Positions 1 through 8,182 are shown, counted from the first letter of the stretch. The stretch is 20,000 bases of DNA from an uncultured virus (IMG/VR IMGVR_UViG_3300038828_000030) (IMGVR_UViG_3300038828_000030), one strand, 5' to 3'. Program-made: numbers and translations. Notes: generated by a model not told the origin, from the letters alone.

Positions 1-124
1 GTGCCTCATCGCGCCACACCTTCGCCATCTCTGGCATAGCGGCATCAGCCTTGGCTTTGAGCCTGAGAACATCACCACTGCGCGACGTGATCAGGTCTTC
101 CAGCCCCATCTCGCGGTCGTTCAT
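1..124 (-). CDS. Hypothetical phage protein, 5' part only (MNDREMGLEDLITSRSGDVLRLKAK...)
   Basis: ATG at 124 overlaps stop of the upstream ORF (ATGA); frame stays open off the window edge. Confidence 0.5.
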   Translation of the reverse strand, partial: MNDREMGLEDLITSRSGDVLRLKAKADAAMPEMAKVWRDEA

Positions 125-366
125 GACGCACCCCGCAGCTTCTTGCGCCCCGCATCCCCACGCCGGCGAAGCACAGCGCTCGCATCGCGCATCGAGCCGG
201 CGCGCGGCGCGTCGGTCAGCTCATGCGCCTGGCCGGCAACCATTTCCTTCGCCTCAACGATGCGTGTGACGGCGGACTTCTTGCCCTCGGTCCAGTCGAT
301 CTTGGGCTGGTATCCGCGCCCGACGTAGAACGGGCTGGTTCGTGCTGCTGGCAGGTGTTTCTTCAC
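121..366 (-). CDS. Hypothetical phage protein (81 aa, GTG start, VKKHLPAARTSPFYVGRG...)
   Basis: GTGA overlap with the previous stop, GGAGG upstream; this is the 3' part of track ORF 121..699. Confidence 0.55.
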   Translation of the reverse strand: MKKHLPAARTSPFYVGRGYQPKIDWTEGKKSAVTRIVEAKEMVAGQAHELTDAPRAGSMRDASAVLRRRGDAGRKKLRGAS

Positions 367-512
367 TTCATTCCTCCATGGCGCTTGCGCAACTTGCGCG
401 CGCGTCCGATGCGCTCCTGGCGCTTGTCGCGCTCGTCGTAGGCGCGCTTGATTTCGTATGGAGCCGGGTTGTCCTTGCGCTTGACCCGGCGCTTGGTGGT
501 GTTGGTTTGCAT
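363..512 (-). CDS. Small basic hypothetical protein (49 aa, MQTNTTKRRVKRKDNPAPYEIKRAYDERDKRQERIGRARKLRKRHGGMK)
   Basis: ATG overlaps the MTase stop (TGATG); fills the gap exactly; below the ORF-track length cutoff. Confidence 0.55.
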   Translation of the reverse strand: MQTNTTKRRVKRKDNPAPYEIKRAYDERDKRQERIGRARKLRKRHGGMK

Positions 513-2203
513 CAGGGCGCCCGCCTTTTTTGCTGGTTGGGCTGAGCGTCCAAAATGGCCTCAACCGCCTCGATGCGCTCACCGATCCACCTAGCGACTG
601 GAACGGCCCAACTGTTACCCAAACTTTTATACCTTGGCCCGTCCGGGCACTCGCTGGCGGGCTTGCCGCGCCAGGGGATTGCGGTGTAGCCGGGTTCAAA
701 TCCCTGCAATTTTTCGCACTCCGTTGGAGTCAGGCGGCGCACTTGCATGGCACTTTGAACTGCCTGAACCTCCGCGCGGGCTTCCAGCGTGTATGCGTGA
801 TCCGCCTGCACGCCTACGCCGTCCGGGCCGCTTGCCGGGTTTGTTCGCAGTGCGCCAGCCTGGATGGCGAAAGCCACAGCAACCTGCCCGCCGCCATTCG
901 CATGGCTGTCGCCGTGCCCCATGGCACGCAGCGTGGGCGCGATGCTGCCGGCGTCGCCGCCGTAGTCCTTGGCTGAGAATGCCACCGCCACGCCTTGCGC
1001 GCAATCCAGGGTGTGCGTGCATTCTTCTTGGATACCCCACCCGTTACTGCTGGTGTTGGCGGTGCGGATTCCGTAGGCCACAGGCACCGCAACAGCAGAC
1101 TGCGCGTGGCCGTCTGTGGTCAGGGTTTCCACAATTGGCTTAACGCTTACCATTTCGGTGTGCGCGCTTTGCCGCCCTGCTGGTCGGCCTTTGTTGGCGT
1201 GCAGGAACATCGGCACCAGCGGCGTGCCGCGCCCCGTGCCACCCTCGCTGGCGTCGAAGCCTTCGCCGCGCAGGCTGCGCGCCACATACGGCGCTTCGTG
1301 GTTGCAGTTCAGCGTCGGCGCCATGTCGGCACCGATTTCGGCACCGGCCTGACCCGTGGCTACGCACAAAGTTTCAACCGGAATCATGTATCCAGCCGCC
1401 GCATGGTCTGCGCTGTTTGACCAGCCGCCCGAGTCTTTGCACGCCTTCATTGTTCCGGCGACTTGCAGCCCTCCATCGCAGTCGAAGTCCGTTCCAAGGC
1501 CACCGCCTGCAGTGCTGCGTGAAGGGATGGTGGGAGCTGTTTGCCGCGCTTCTCGGCTCGGCGCAGTATCCCGGCGCACGCCGTCCCACTCAAAAAGAAC
1601 CTGGGCGGGATCGAACCCTTTTCGAGCACTTGCGACAACGAACACACGGCGGCGTCGTTGGGCCAGGCCGAAAAATTGGGCGTCGAAGAGTCTCCACGCC
1701 ACTGCTCTTTCGGGTCCAAACACACAACCAGCGTCCGTCCACCGCTTCCCTGGTGGGACAACTGGTACGTCTTCGCCGGCAAGACCTCCAACCAGGCAGC
1801 CAAAGGCGTTGGTTCTGTCGCTGAAGATTCCAGGCACGTTCTCGTAAAGAGCAACAATTGGCGGCTTGCCATACTTTCTTCTGATGTCATCAGCATGGTC
1901 GAGTAGCTCCACATAGATCAGGGTGAGATTTCCTCTGGCATCGAGCAGCCCGCGGCGCGCGCCAGCGACGGAAAACGCTTGGCATGGCGGGCCGCCAACG
2001 ATGGCGTCAGCATCGGCAAACAGTTCATCGGGCCAGTCACGAAACAGGGACATGTCGCCGAGGTTCGGCACATCGGGGTGGTGGTGGGCCAGCACGGCGC
2101 ACGGGAACGGCTCGATTTCGCTGAACGCCACCGGCTGCCAGCCCAGCGGCATCCATGCGGCGCTGGCGGCCTCGATGCCAGAGCAGATACTCAAATAGCG
2201 CAT
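512..2203 (-). CDS. DNA (cytosine-5)-methyltransferase, phage type
   Basis: Motif I-like SICSGIEA, motif IV GGPPCQAFS, VI ENVPG, VIII QRRRRVF, C-terminal RRLTPTECEKLQGF and motif X YKSLGNSWAV; likely start MRYLS at 2203 (TGATG coupling). Confidence 0.93.
   Translation of the reverse strand: MRYLSICSGIEAASAAWMPLGWQPVAFSEIEPFPCAVLAHHHPDVPNLGDMSLFRDWPDELFADADAIVGGPPCQAFSVAGARRGLLDARGNLTLIYVELLDHADDIRRKYGKPPIVALYENVPGIFSDRTNAFGCLVGGLAGEDVPVVPPGKRWTDAGCVFGPERAVAWRLFDAQFFGLAQRRRRVFVVASARKGFDPAQVLFEWDGVRRDTAPSREARQTAPTIPSRSTAGGGLGTDFDCDGGLQVAGTMKACKDSGGWSNSADHAAAGYMIPVETLCVATGQAGAEIGADMAPTLNCNHEAPYVARSLRGEGFDASEGGTGRGTPLVPMFLHANKGRPAGRQSAHTEMVSVKPIVETLTTDGHAQSAVAVPVAYGIRTANTSSNGWGIQEECTHTLDCAQGVAVAFSAKDYGGDAGSIAPTLRAMGHGDSHANGGGQVAVAFAIQAGALRTNPASGPDGVGVQADHAYTLEARAEVQAVQSAMQVRRLTPTECEKLQGFEPGYTAIPWRGKPASECPDGPRYKSLGNSWAVPVARWIGERIEAVEAILDAQPNQQKRRAP
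1447..1872 (-). CDS. Overprinted alternative-frame ORF resembling the beta subunit of M.EcoHK31I-type heterodimeric C5-MTases
   Basis: Same strand, different frame, inside the MTase gene; contains WPNDAAVCSLSQVLE...FFLSGTACAGILRRAEKRGKQLP, recalled as typical of this subunit family; start (1872 vs 1914) uncertain. Confidence 0.65.
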   Translation of the reverse strand: MASRQLLLFTRTCLESSATEPTPLAAWLEVLPAKTYQLSHQGSGGRTLVVCLDPKEQWRGDSSTPNFSAWPNDAAVCSLSQVLEKGSIPPRFFLSGTACAGILRRAEKRGKQLPPSLHAALQAVALERTSTAMEGCKSPEQ

Positions 2204-2262
2204 CACGCCGCGCCGACTTTGAGATGACCGTTGCTGAACAGGCAGACGTAGAGGGAGCTCAT
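2203..2262 (-). CDS. 19-aa minigene MSSLYVCLFSNGHLKVGAA (possible remnant of a GIY-YIG/T5orf172-like gene)
   Basis: ATGA overlap with the HTH stop and TGATG overlap with the MTase start; LYV...KVG pattern. Confidence 0.45.
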   Translation of the reverse strand: MSSLYVCLFSNGHLKVGAA

Positions 2263-2459
2263 GCGGCCTCCTGAGACTCGTTCTCACGCAGCCATGCGTA
2301 CAGCTTTTCTACGGTCTTTATCCCAGGGTTCTTTCTGTCCCCGTAGGCGATCTTGCGCATGAGATGAACACTCACGCCAGAGCCTTCTTGGATGGCCGGC
2401 CAGCCAGCCGGCCCGGCCTCTTTCAGTTTGCGGACAAGGTATTCAGAGATGCTTTCCAT
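2259..2459 (-). CDS. Cro-like helix-turn-helix regulator (66 aa)
   Basis: WPAIQEGSGVSVHLMRKIAYGDRKNPGIKTVEKL is an XRE/Cro-type HTH; first gene of a divergent operon. Confidence 0.8.
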   Translation of the reverse strand: MESISEYLVRKLKEAGPAGWPAIQEGSGVSVHLMRKIAYGDRKNPGIKTVEKLYAWLRENESQEAA

Positions 2460-2466
2460 GCCCGGG

Positions 2467-2496
2467 ATTGTAGTCCCGAATCTGGGAAATGATCAA
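2467..2496 (-). promoter_or_regulatory. Leftward sigma70-type promoter (-35 TTGATC, 18 bp, -10 TACAAT); probably gives a leaderless mRNA for the HTH gene
   Basis: + strand GATCAA 2491-2496 and ATTGTA 2467-2472; ATG lies 7-8 nt past the -10; operator 1 sits in the spacer. Confidence 0.6.
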
Positions 2497-2565
2497 TCCC
2501 GAAAAATAACCATGCGCTCTTGTCGGATTCCCGCATCTGGGATTGACTTCGTCCCGCATTTGGGA
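2474..2565. promoter_or_regulatory. Three 14-bp palindromic operators TCCCGMATYTGGGA (2474-2487, 2529-2542, 2552-2565)
   Basis: TCCCGAATCTGGGA, TCCCGCATCTGGGA, TCCCGCATTTGGGA read directly; half site TCCCGAA at 2497. Confidence 0.8.
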
Positions 2566-2572
2566 CAACAAT
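2543..2572 (+). promoter_or_regulatory. Rightward early promoter (-35 TTGACT, -10 AACAAT)
   Basis: TTGACT 2543-2548, operator 3 in the spacer, AACAAT 2567-2572; AGGAG RBS before 2631. Confidence 0.55.
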
Positions 2573-2630
2573 AGACCCATCGCAACAACCAATCGCCACC
2601 CACACCGGGCGGCCAACAGGAGAGACAGCA

Positions 2631-2915
2631 ATGATTGATCACGGAATGCTCAATCTGCCGCTAGCCAAGCGCGGCTGCATTGATGCCCAGATTGACGCCT
2701 ACAAGGCGCAGAAGGCCCGCAACGCCAAGGCAGAGGCAAAGGCATTGCATGAGGCCCGCCAGCAAGCCCGCGCGGCTGTGGTGGCAATGAGCGACGAGCG
2801 CTGCATCGCATTCAGCAAGGGCCAGATGACGGCCAAGCAAGCGCGAGCAAAGCTGCTGTCTATTGCCCGCTTCACACCCGCGTCGATTCTGAATGTGGTG
2901 GGAGGTGCGGCATGA
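2631..2915 (+). CDS. Hypothetical phage protein (94 aa)
   Basis: AGGAGA RBS, first gene of the rightward operon, ATGA overlap with next gene. Confidence 0.75.
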   Translation: MIDHGMLNLPLAKRGCIDAQIDAYKAQKARNAKAEAKALHEARQQARAAVVAMSDERCIAFSKGQMTAKQARAKLLSIARFTPASILNVVGGAA

Positions 2916-3292
2916 GCAACAGCACCAAAGCTGTAGCAGCCGCGCTCGCAGCAGCGCTGCTTGCCGGCTGCGCCACCGCACCAGGCGGTGCGAATTACGC
3001 GCCCATGGTTGATACCGGCCATCGCATCGGCGTGTACGAGCAAGACCTGGCCGAGTGCCAGCAGTACGCCCAGCGCGCGGCAGGCGCGGGTGACGGCGCT
3101 GTCGCGGGCGCGGTTGGCGGCGCAATCGTCATGGGCGTGCTGAGCGCCATCCTGGGCGGAGGTGGCCATGGCCGCTGGGCGGCTGCAGGCGCTGTTGCTG
3201 GTGGGCTGCAAGGAGCTGGCGCAGGCGAGGCCAATCAACGCGCCGTGGTTGTTCGCTGCATGAGCGTACGCGGTTATCAGGTTTTGAGCTGA
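2912..3292 (+). CDS. Glycine-zipper lipoprotein
   Basis: Signal peptide with lipobox LLAGC; GAVAGAVGGA/GAVAGGLQGA zipper; C-terminal RCMSVRGYQVL. Confidence 0.85.
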   Translation: MSNSTKAVAAALAAALLAGCATAPGGANYAPMVDTGHRIGVYEQDLAECQQYAQRAAGAGDGAVAGAVGGAIVMGVLSAILGGGGHGRWAAAGAVAGGLQGAGAGEANQRAVVVRCMSVRGYQVLS

Positions 3293-3302
3293 GGAGCGCA
3301 CC

Positions 3303-3707
3303 ATGGACAACCCCGACAACCCCATGGCCCGGCCCCTGAGCCGCGCCGAGGAAGAGCGCCTGTACGGCGACGACGTTGCCGACGCGCAGCGCGCCGACTT
3401 CGCCATCGAGCGAACGCTGAACGTCATCAAGAGCGGCATCGACGCTGCATTCGACGAGCTGGAAATCGGCGAGTACGGCCGCGAGCGCGATCTGATCGTG
3501 CAGGTGCTGAAACTCGCTGCCGGCCGGCGTGACGCCGACGTGGTTGCCTCGGCCGTCAATGAGCTGCTGGCCGAAATCGTGAAGAACCGCGATGCCGACT
3601 ACTGGAACGCGGTCGACGAACAAGCCCGCCGTCTCCGTGATGTGTGGCACCTGTCGAACAGCATCGCCAGCGTGGCCTGCGGCCTGAGCATCAGGAGCAA
3701 GGCATGA
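3303..3707 (+). CDS. Hypothetical phage protein (134 aa)
   Basis: GAGGAG RBS, GC3-rich codon usage, ATGA overlap downstream. Confidence 0.8.
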   Translation: MDNPDNPMARPLSRAEEERLYGDDVADAQRADFAIERTLNVIKSGIDAAFDELEIGEYGRERDLIVQVLKLAAGRRDADVVASAVNELLAEIVKNRDADYWNAVDEQARRLRDVWHLSNSIASVACGLSIRSKA

Positions 3708-3892
3708 GCGCCCTGCACCGCTCATGGCTGGCCGACCAGGCCGCCCAGGCCGCCCAGGCCCACGAAGGCCCGCAGACGGCCGAGGACTGGGGCAACGCCC
3801 TGGACAAGCCAACCCCCGAAATGCTGGCCGCAGCCGAGCGGCTGCGCCAGTCGATCAATCAGCGCCGCGCACAGCGGCAGGAGGCGATATGA
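3704..3892 (+). CDS. Hypothetical protein (62 aa, MSALHRSWLADQAAQ...)
   Basis: AGGAG RBS, ATGA overlaps at both ends. Confidence 0.7.
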   Translation: MSALHRSWLADQAAQAAQAHEGPQTAEDWGNALDKPTPEMLAAAERLRQSINQRRAQRQEAI

Positions 3893-4662
3893 GTAAAGAT
3901 ATTTTTGGCGACGACGCCAAGCTGGGCGACAGGGCCAAGCTGGGCAACGGGGCCACGCTGGGCAACGGGGCCAAGCTGGGCAACTGGGCCACGCTGGGCA
4001 ACTGGGCCACGCTGGGCGACAGGGCCAAGCTGGGCAACGGGGCCACGCTGGGCGACGGGGCCACGCTGGGCGACGACGCCACGCTGGGCGACGGGGCCAC
4101 GCTGGGCGACGGGGCCACGCTGGGCGACGGGGCCAAGCTGGGCGACTGGGCCAAGCTGGGCGACGGGGCCACGCTGGGCAACGGGGCCACGCTGGGCGAC
4201 AGGGCCACGCTGGGCGACGGGGCCACGCTGGGCGACGGGGCCACGCTGGGCGACGGGGCCATGCTGGGCAAATGGGCCACGCTGGGCGACGGGGCCACGC
4301 TGGGCGACGGGGCCATGCTGGGCAAATGGGCCACGCTGGGCGACGGGGCCACGCTGGGCGACGACGCCACGCTGGGCGACGGGGCCACGCTGGGCGACAG
4401 GCTCACATCCGAGGGCGTCAGGGTGTACGCGACGATGACCATGAGCAATGTGGACGGGTCTGGTCGTCGAATACAGATATACGTGCACCCGGCCGGCATC
4501 CTGATCCGAGCAGGGTGTTTCAGGGGCAGCCTGGACGAGTTCTGCGACAAGGCGCGGCTCGAAGGCAAGGTGCGTTACGCAACAGTCGTCCGTGCTGCTG
4601 CAGCGGCACTGGCTGAGGATTGCCGCGAACGCGGCATCACCGGCGGCTGGGGCGAGGAATGA
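3889..4662 (+). CDS. Hexapeptide-repeat (left-handed beta-helix-like) phage protein with C-terminal RAGCFRGSLDEF domain
   Basis: 27 x G[DNK]xA[TKM]L repeats; GGAGG RBS before ATG 3889; ATGA overlaps at both ends. Confidence 0.85.
   Translation: MSKDIFGDDAKLGDRAKLGNGATLGNGAKLGNWATLGNWATLGDRAKLGNGATLGDGATLGDDATLGDGATLGDGATLGDGAKLGDWAKLGDGATLGNGATLGDRATLGDGATLGDGATLGDGAMLGKWATLGDGATLGDGAMLGKWATLGDGATLGDDATLGDGATLGDRLTSEGVRVYATMTMSNVDGSGRRIQIYVHPAGILIRAGCFRGSLDEFCDKARLEGKVRYATVVRAAAAALAEDCRERGITGGWGEE
3907..4398 (+). repeat. 18-bp coding tandem repeat, 27 full units (consensus GGCGACGGGGCCACGCTG)
   Basis: Counted directly from the sequence and translation. Confidence 0.95.
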
Positions 4663-4991
4663 AAACCATCCACGCCCCCGAGATGCGCAGCACCACCGAG
4701 CGCTGCATCACCACCAGCACCGGCATCGCCATCGGACGATGCCACGTCCGCAAACCGCCGGCCCGTGTGGCCGGCAGTGTGAGCGGCCCGCACCGTCGCC
4801 CTGGCATCGCCGCCCGCGTGCTGGGCGTGATGGGCAGCATGCGCGCGCTGTTTGTCTGCATCGCCATCTGCGCGGCCGCGCTGCTCTTGAGCGCGTGCGG
4901 CCCGACAGACACCGAGGCGCTGCAGGACGTGGCGCTTGATCTGCAAGACGCGCAGGCTGCGGCCGTAGTCGCGGCGGCCAGCCGCAAGTGA
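4659..4991 (+). CDS. Hypothetical membrane-associated protein (MKTIHAPEM...; hydrophobic stretch ending LSAC)
   Basis: GAGGA RBS, ATGA overlap; ALFVCIAICAAALLLSAC segment. Confidence 0.7.
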   Translation: MKTIHAPEMRSTTERCITTSTGIAIGRCHVRKPPARVAGSVSGPHRRPGIAARVLGVMGSMRALFVCIAICAAALLLSACGPTDTEALQDVALDLQDAQAAAVVAAASRK

Positions 4992-5008
4992 TCAACCACG
5001 AGGAAACC

Positions 5009-5998
5009 ATGAACGCCATCACGAAACACGAGGGCCGCCTGCCTGCCCTGCAAATGGACGAACAGGAGCTGATTCAGGTGCTGCAATCGAGCCTGTACCC
5101 GGGGGCATCACTGTCCAGCATCAAGATGGTGCTTGGATACTGCAGGGCGTCTGGGCTCGATCCGATGCGCAAGCCCGTCCACATCGTGCCCATGTGGGAC
5201 AGCAAGGCCAAGCAAATGCGGGACGTGACGATGCCGGGGATAGGCCTGTATCGAACGGATGCAGCCCGCACTGGCGAGCACGTCGGCACGGATGATCCGG
5301 TGTTTGGACCCATGGTCGAGTACGAACTCAGCGGCTCAAAAGTCACGGTGCCGGAGTGGTGCAAGGTCACTGTCTATCGTCTCAAAAACGGCATGAAGTG
5401 CGCTTTCACAGCCACCGAATACTGGATCGAGAACTACGCCACGGCCGGCAAGGACAGCGCCGCGCCAAACACCATGTGGAAGAAACGCGGTCGCGGTCAA
5501 TTGGCGAAATGCGCCGAGGCCCAGGCTCTGCGCAAGGCGTTTCCCGAAGTCGGCAGCCAGCCCACCGCCGATGAAATGGAGGGCAAGGTGCTGGACATGG
5601 GGCCGGCCGAAGTCGTGCCGCAATCGCCTGCGCACTACCCCGCCGCCGAGTTCGACAAGAACTTGCCCGCCTGGCGCAGGGCCATCGAGGCCGGCAAGAA
5701 GGCCGCCGAAGACCTGATCGCCATGGTCGAAACCAAGGGCGCACTCACCGACGAACAGAAGGCCGCGCTGCGCGCCATCAAGCCGCCGCAGCCTGCCTCT
5801 GACGTGCAAGACGTGCAGCCCAAGGACGAAGCGCCAGCATTCACCTACGCCCAAGTGGCCGACAAGCTGTCCGCCGCCACCGACGTGGAGCAATTGGCCG
5901 AAGCCGGCAGCCTGATCGGAGCCGTGTCCAACGCGGATCACCGCGCCGAACTCGTGACCCTGTACGAACAACGCAGCGCCGAAATGGAGGCCGCATGA
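5009..5998 (+). CDS. bet: Phage recombination protein Bet (single-strand annealing protein)
   Basis: YCRASGLDPMRKPVHIVPMW, GIGLYRTDAARTG, MWKKRGRGQLAKCAEAQALRKAFP motifs; GAGGA RBS before ATG 5009. Confidence 0.92.
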   Translation: MNAITKHEGRLPALQMDEQELIQVLQSSLYPGASLSSIKMVLGYCRASGLDPMRKPVHIVPMWDSKAKQMRDVTMPGIGLYRTDAARTGEHVGTDDPVFGPMVEYELSGSKVTVPEWCKVTVYRLKNGMKCAFTATEYWIENYATAGKDSAAPNTMWKKRGRGQLAKCAEAQALRKAFPEVGSQPTADEMEGKVLDMGPAEVVPQSPAHYPAAEFDKNLPAWRRAIEAGKKAAEDLIAMVETKGALTDEQKAALRAIKPPQPASDVQDVQPKDEAPAFTYAQVADKLSAATDVEQLAEAGSLIGAVSNADHRAELVTLYEQRSAEMEAA

Positions 5999-7785
5999 AG
6001 ACCCTGACCCTGCAACAAGGATCGCCCGAATGGGCTGCTCACCGCGCTCGAAGCCTAAACGCCAGCGAGCTATCTGCGGCCATGGGCCTGTCCTCGTACA
6101 TCACCAGGTCGGCCCTCGTCAAACAGAAGGCGACAGGCATCGCCCCAGAGATTGACGCGGCCACTCAACACCGATTCAACAAGGGCCACGAGTTCGAGGC
6201 TATCGCGCGTCCATGGGCAGAGGAAATCATCGGGGAAGAACTTTTCCCTGTCGTACTGGCTGGCGAAGTTGATGCCCTGCCGCTGTCTGCGTCGCTTGAT
6301 GGACAAACCTTGACGGGTGATGTGACGTGGGAACACAAGAGCGGCAACGCGACGCTTCTGGCCCGTTTGGATGCTGGCGTCATCCCTGACGAATATCACC
6401 CCCAGATGGAGCAGGGCCTGCTGCTGTCTGGTGCAACTCGGTGCCTATTCATGGCGTCCAGTGGAGACCGTGAAGCCATGCGCTATGCGTGGTACGAGTC
6501 AAATCCTGAGTTGCGAGCCAAGATTGTTCCGACCTGGAGGCAATTTCAAGCGGATGTTGCCGCCTACGTCCCCACCGAACCCGCCGCGCCCGTCATGGCC
6601 GCGCCCATCGAAAGCCTGCCCGCCGTCGTGGTGCAGGTGCAAGGCGCGCTGACCGTTGGCGGCAACCTGGACGCCTTCGGTCAGGCCCTGCGCTCGTTCA
6701 TCGAGCGCATCCCCGCAAGACCGGCAACTGATATTGAGTTCGCAAACTGCGAAGCCGCCTGCAAGGCGCTGAAGAGGGCCGAGGACGCACTGACCCAGGC
6801 CGAAGACGGCGCGCTGGCGCAGATCAGCGACGTGGAGCTGATGCGCCGCACCGTGGCCGACCTCAAGGAGCTGGCACGGTCAACCCGCCTCGCGACTGAA
6901 AAGCTGGTCAAAGCCGAGAAAGACGCGCGCCGCACCGAGAAGGTCATGGCCGCGCGCCAAGCGTTTGAAACCCACGTCACGCGCCTGCAGATGGACATCA
7001 AAGGCGTGCGCCTGATCGTGCCCATGCCAGACTTCGGCGGCTCCATCAAGGGCCTGAGCAGCCTGGCAAGCATCGACGACAAGCTGACCGCCGCGCTGAT
7101 CGCCGGCAAGGCCGAGGCCAACACCCTCGCCAGCCGGATCGCGGGCAACCTGCAAACGCTCGACAGCGTGCCGCAGTACGCCCACCTGTTTGCTGACCGG
7201 CAGGAGCTGGCCTACAAGGACGCCGAGACGCTTGAGCTGCTGATGCAGAAGCGCGTCGATGCCGAGCGCGACCGCATCGAAGCCGAGCGCCAGCGTATCC
7301 AGCAGGACGAGGAACGCAAGGCCCGCGAAGCCGCCGAGCGCCAGGCCGAAGCGGAGCGCCAGCGCATCCGCGCCGAAGAGCAGCACAAGGCGCAGATGGA
7401 AGTCGCCGAAAAGCTGAAGGCTGAACAAGAGGCCGAGCGCCAAGCCAACGAAGACCGCCGCCGCATAGAAGCCCAGGCCGCAGAAGCCAAGAAGGCCGAA
7501 GCCGCCGCCCAGGCACAGCAGGCGATCCAGCAGGCCGAAGCGCCAGCCGCGCCAGCACCGGCGCCATGGGACGCCGACGAGGCGGCCACGCTCAAGTTGG
7601 GCGATGTGAACGCGCGCCTGGCGCCGATCCACGTCACCGCTGATGGCCTGCGCTCCATCGGCATTGAGCCGGCCGGGCGCGAGAAGAACGCGACGCTGTA
7701 CCGCGAAAGCCAGTTCGCGGAAATCTGCCAGGTGCTGGTGCTGCACCTGCAATCCGTCGTGCAGCCATCCGAGGCCACGGCATGA
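5995..7785 (+). CDS. YqaJ-like (lambda Exo family) exonuclease with long coiled-coil C-terminus
   Basis: QGSPEWAAHR, ASE, GHEFE, SASLDG, EHK, QMEQGL motifs; adjacent to bet. Confidence 0.92.
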   Translation: MKTLTLQQGSPEWAAHRARSLNASELSAAMGLSSYITRSALVKQKATGIAPEIDAATQHRFNKGHEFEAIARPWAEEIIGEELFPVVLAGEVDALPLSASLDGQTLTGDVTWEHKSGNATLLARLDAGVIPDEYHPQMEQGLLLSGATRCLFMASSGDREAMRYAWYESNPELRAKIVPTWRQFQADVAAYVPTEPAAPVMAAPIESLPAVVVQVQGALTVGGNLDAFGQALRSFIERIPARPATDIEFANCEAACKALKRAEDALTQAEDGALAQISDVELMRRTVADLKELARSTRLATEKLVKAEKDARRTEKVMAARQAFETHVTRLQMDIKGVRLIVPMPDFGGSIKGLSSLASIDDKLTAALIAGKAEANTLASRIAGNLQTLDSVPQYAHLFADRQELAYKDAETLELLMQKRVDAERDRIEAERQRIQQDEERKAREAAERQAEAERQRIRAEEQHKAQMEVAEKLKAEQEAERQANEDRRRIEAQAAEAKKAEAAAQAQQAIQQAEAPAAPAPAPWDADEAATLKLGDVNARLAPIHVTADGLRSIGIEPAGREKNATLYRESQFAEICQVLVLHLQSVVQPSEATA

Positions 7786-7985
7786 GCAGCACCGTCGCCG
7801 ACCTCTACGACGATGACCTGGATGCCTTCGAGAGCGACCTTGAGGACGCTCGCATGCAGGCTGAAAGTGACTGGGACGAGCAGTTCGTCGCCGACATGAA
7901 GGCGCGCTACGACCAGTACCAAGGCCGCATGTTCATCAGCCCCGCGCAGCACGAGCAACTGCTGCGCATTGGAGGAAACGAATGA
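7782..7985 (+). CDS. Hypothetical acidic protein (67 aa)
   Basis: ATGA overlaps both sides; strong codon bias. Confidence 0.75.
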   Translation: MSSTVADLYDDDLDAFESDLEDARMQAESDWDEQFVADMKARYDQYQGRMFISPAQHEQLLRIGGNE

Positions 7986-8173
7986 ACGCCACCCTCTACG
8001 ACCCCTCCGACGTGGCATTCGGCGCACAGCCGCGCCTGGTGTGCGCCGGCTGCGGCCAGATTGAAGTCGGCACCTACGAACCCGTCTGCCCCGAGTGCCG
8101 CAAGTCGCTGGAGCAGGCCGGAATCCTGAAACCAAAAAGCGAGCCGGCTCAGACCGGCCCGCTGGGTGAATGA
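7982..8173 (+). CDS. Small zinc-ribbon-like protein (CAGC...CPEC)
   Basis: GGAGG RBS, two CxxC pairs. Confidence 0.7.
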   Translation: MNATLYDPSDVAFGAQPRLVCAGCGQIEVGTYEPVCPECRKSLEQAGILKPKSEPAQTGPLGE

Positions 8174-8182
8174 AAGCACAGC

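Noticed and set aside
2204..2287. Track N-terminal extension of the MTase (start 2287); similar extensions at 3724, 9424, 18162 and 18865
   Set aside because: They overlap neighbouring genes. Internal starts with RBS or stop-start coupling are better supported.
3907..4398. Diversity-generating retroelement TR/VR pair
   Set aside because: It is a tandem coding repeat, variation is not adenine-specific between two separated copies, and no reverse transcriptase is present.
3855..4568. Alternative-frame repeat ORFs (WATGPR, VAPSPS, VAQRGP repeats)
   Set aside because: By-products of a stop-free 18-bp GC-rich repeat. Only the GDGATL frame has an RBS, coupling and a C-terminal domain.
6040..6560. 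Apparent drop in codon bias in the nuclease domain of the YqaJ gene (possible domain swap)
   Set aside because: Only a visual impression. It needs a GC3 or codon-usage computation, and such mosaicism is ordinary in phages.
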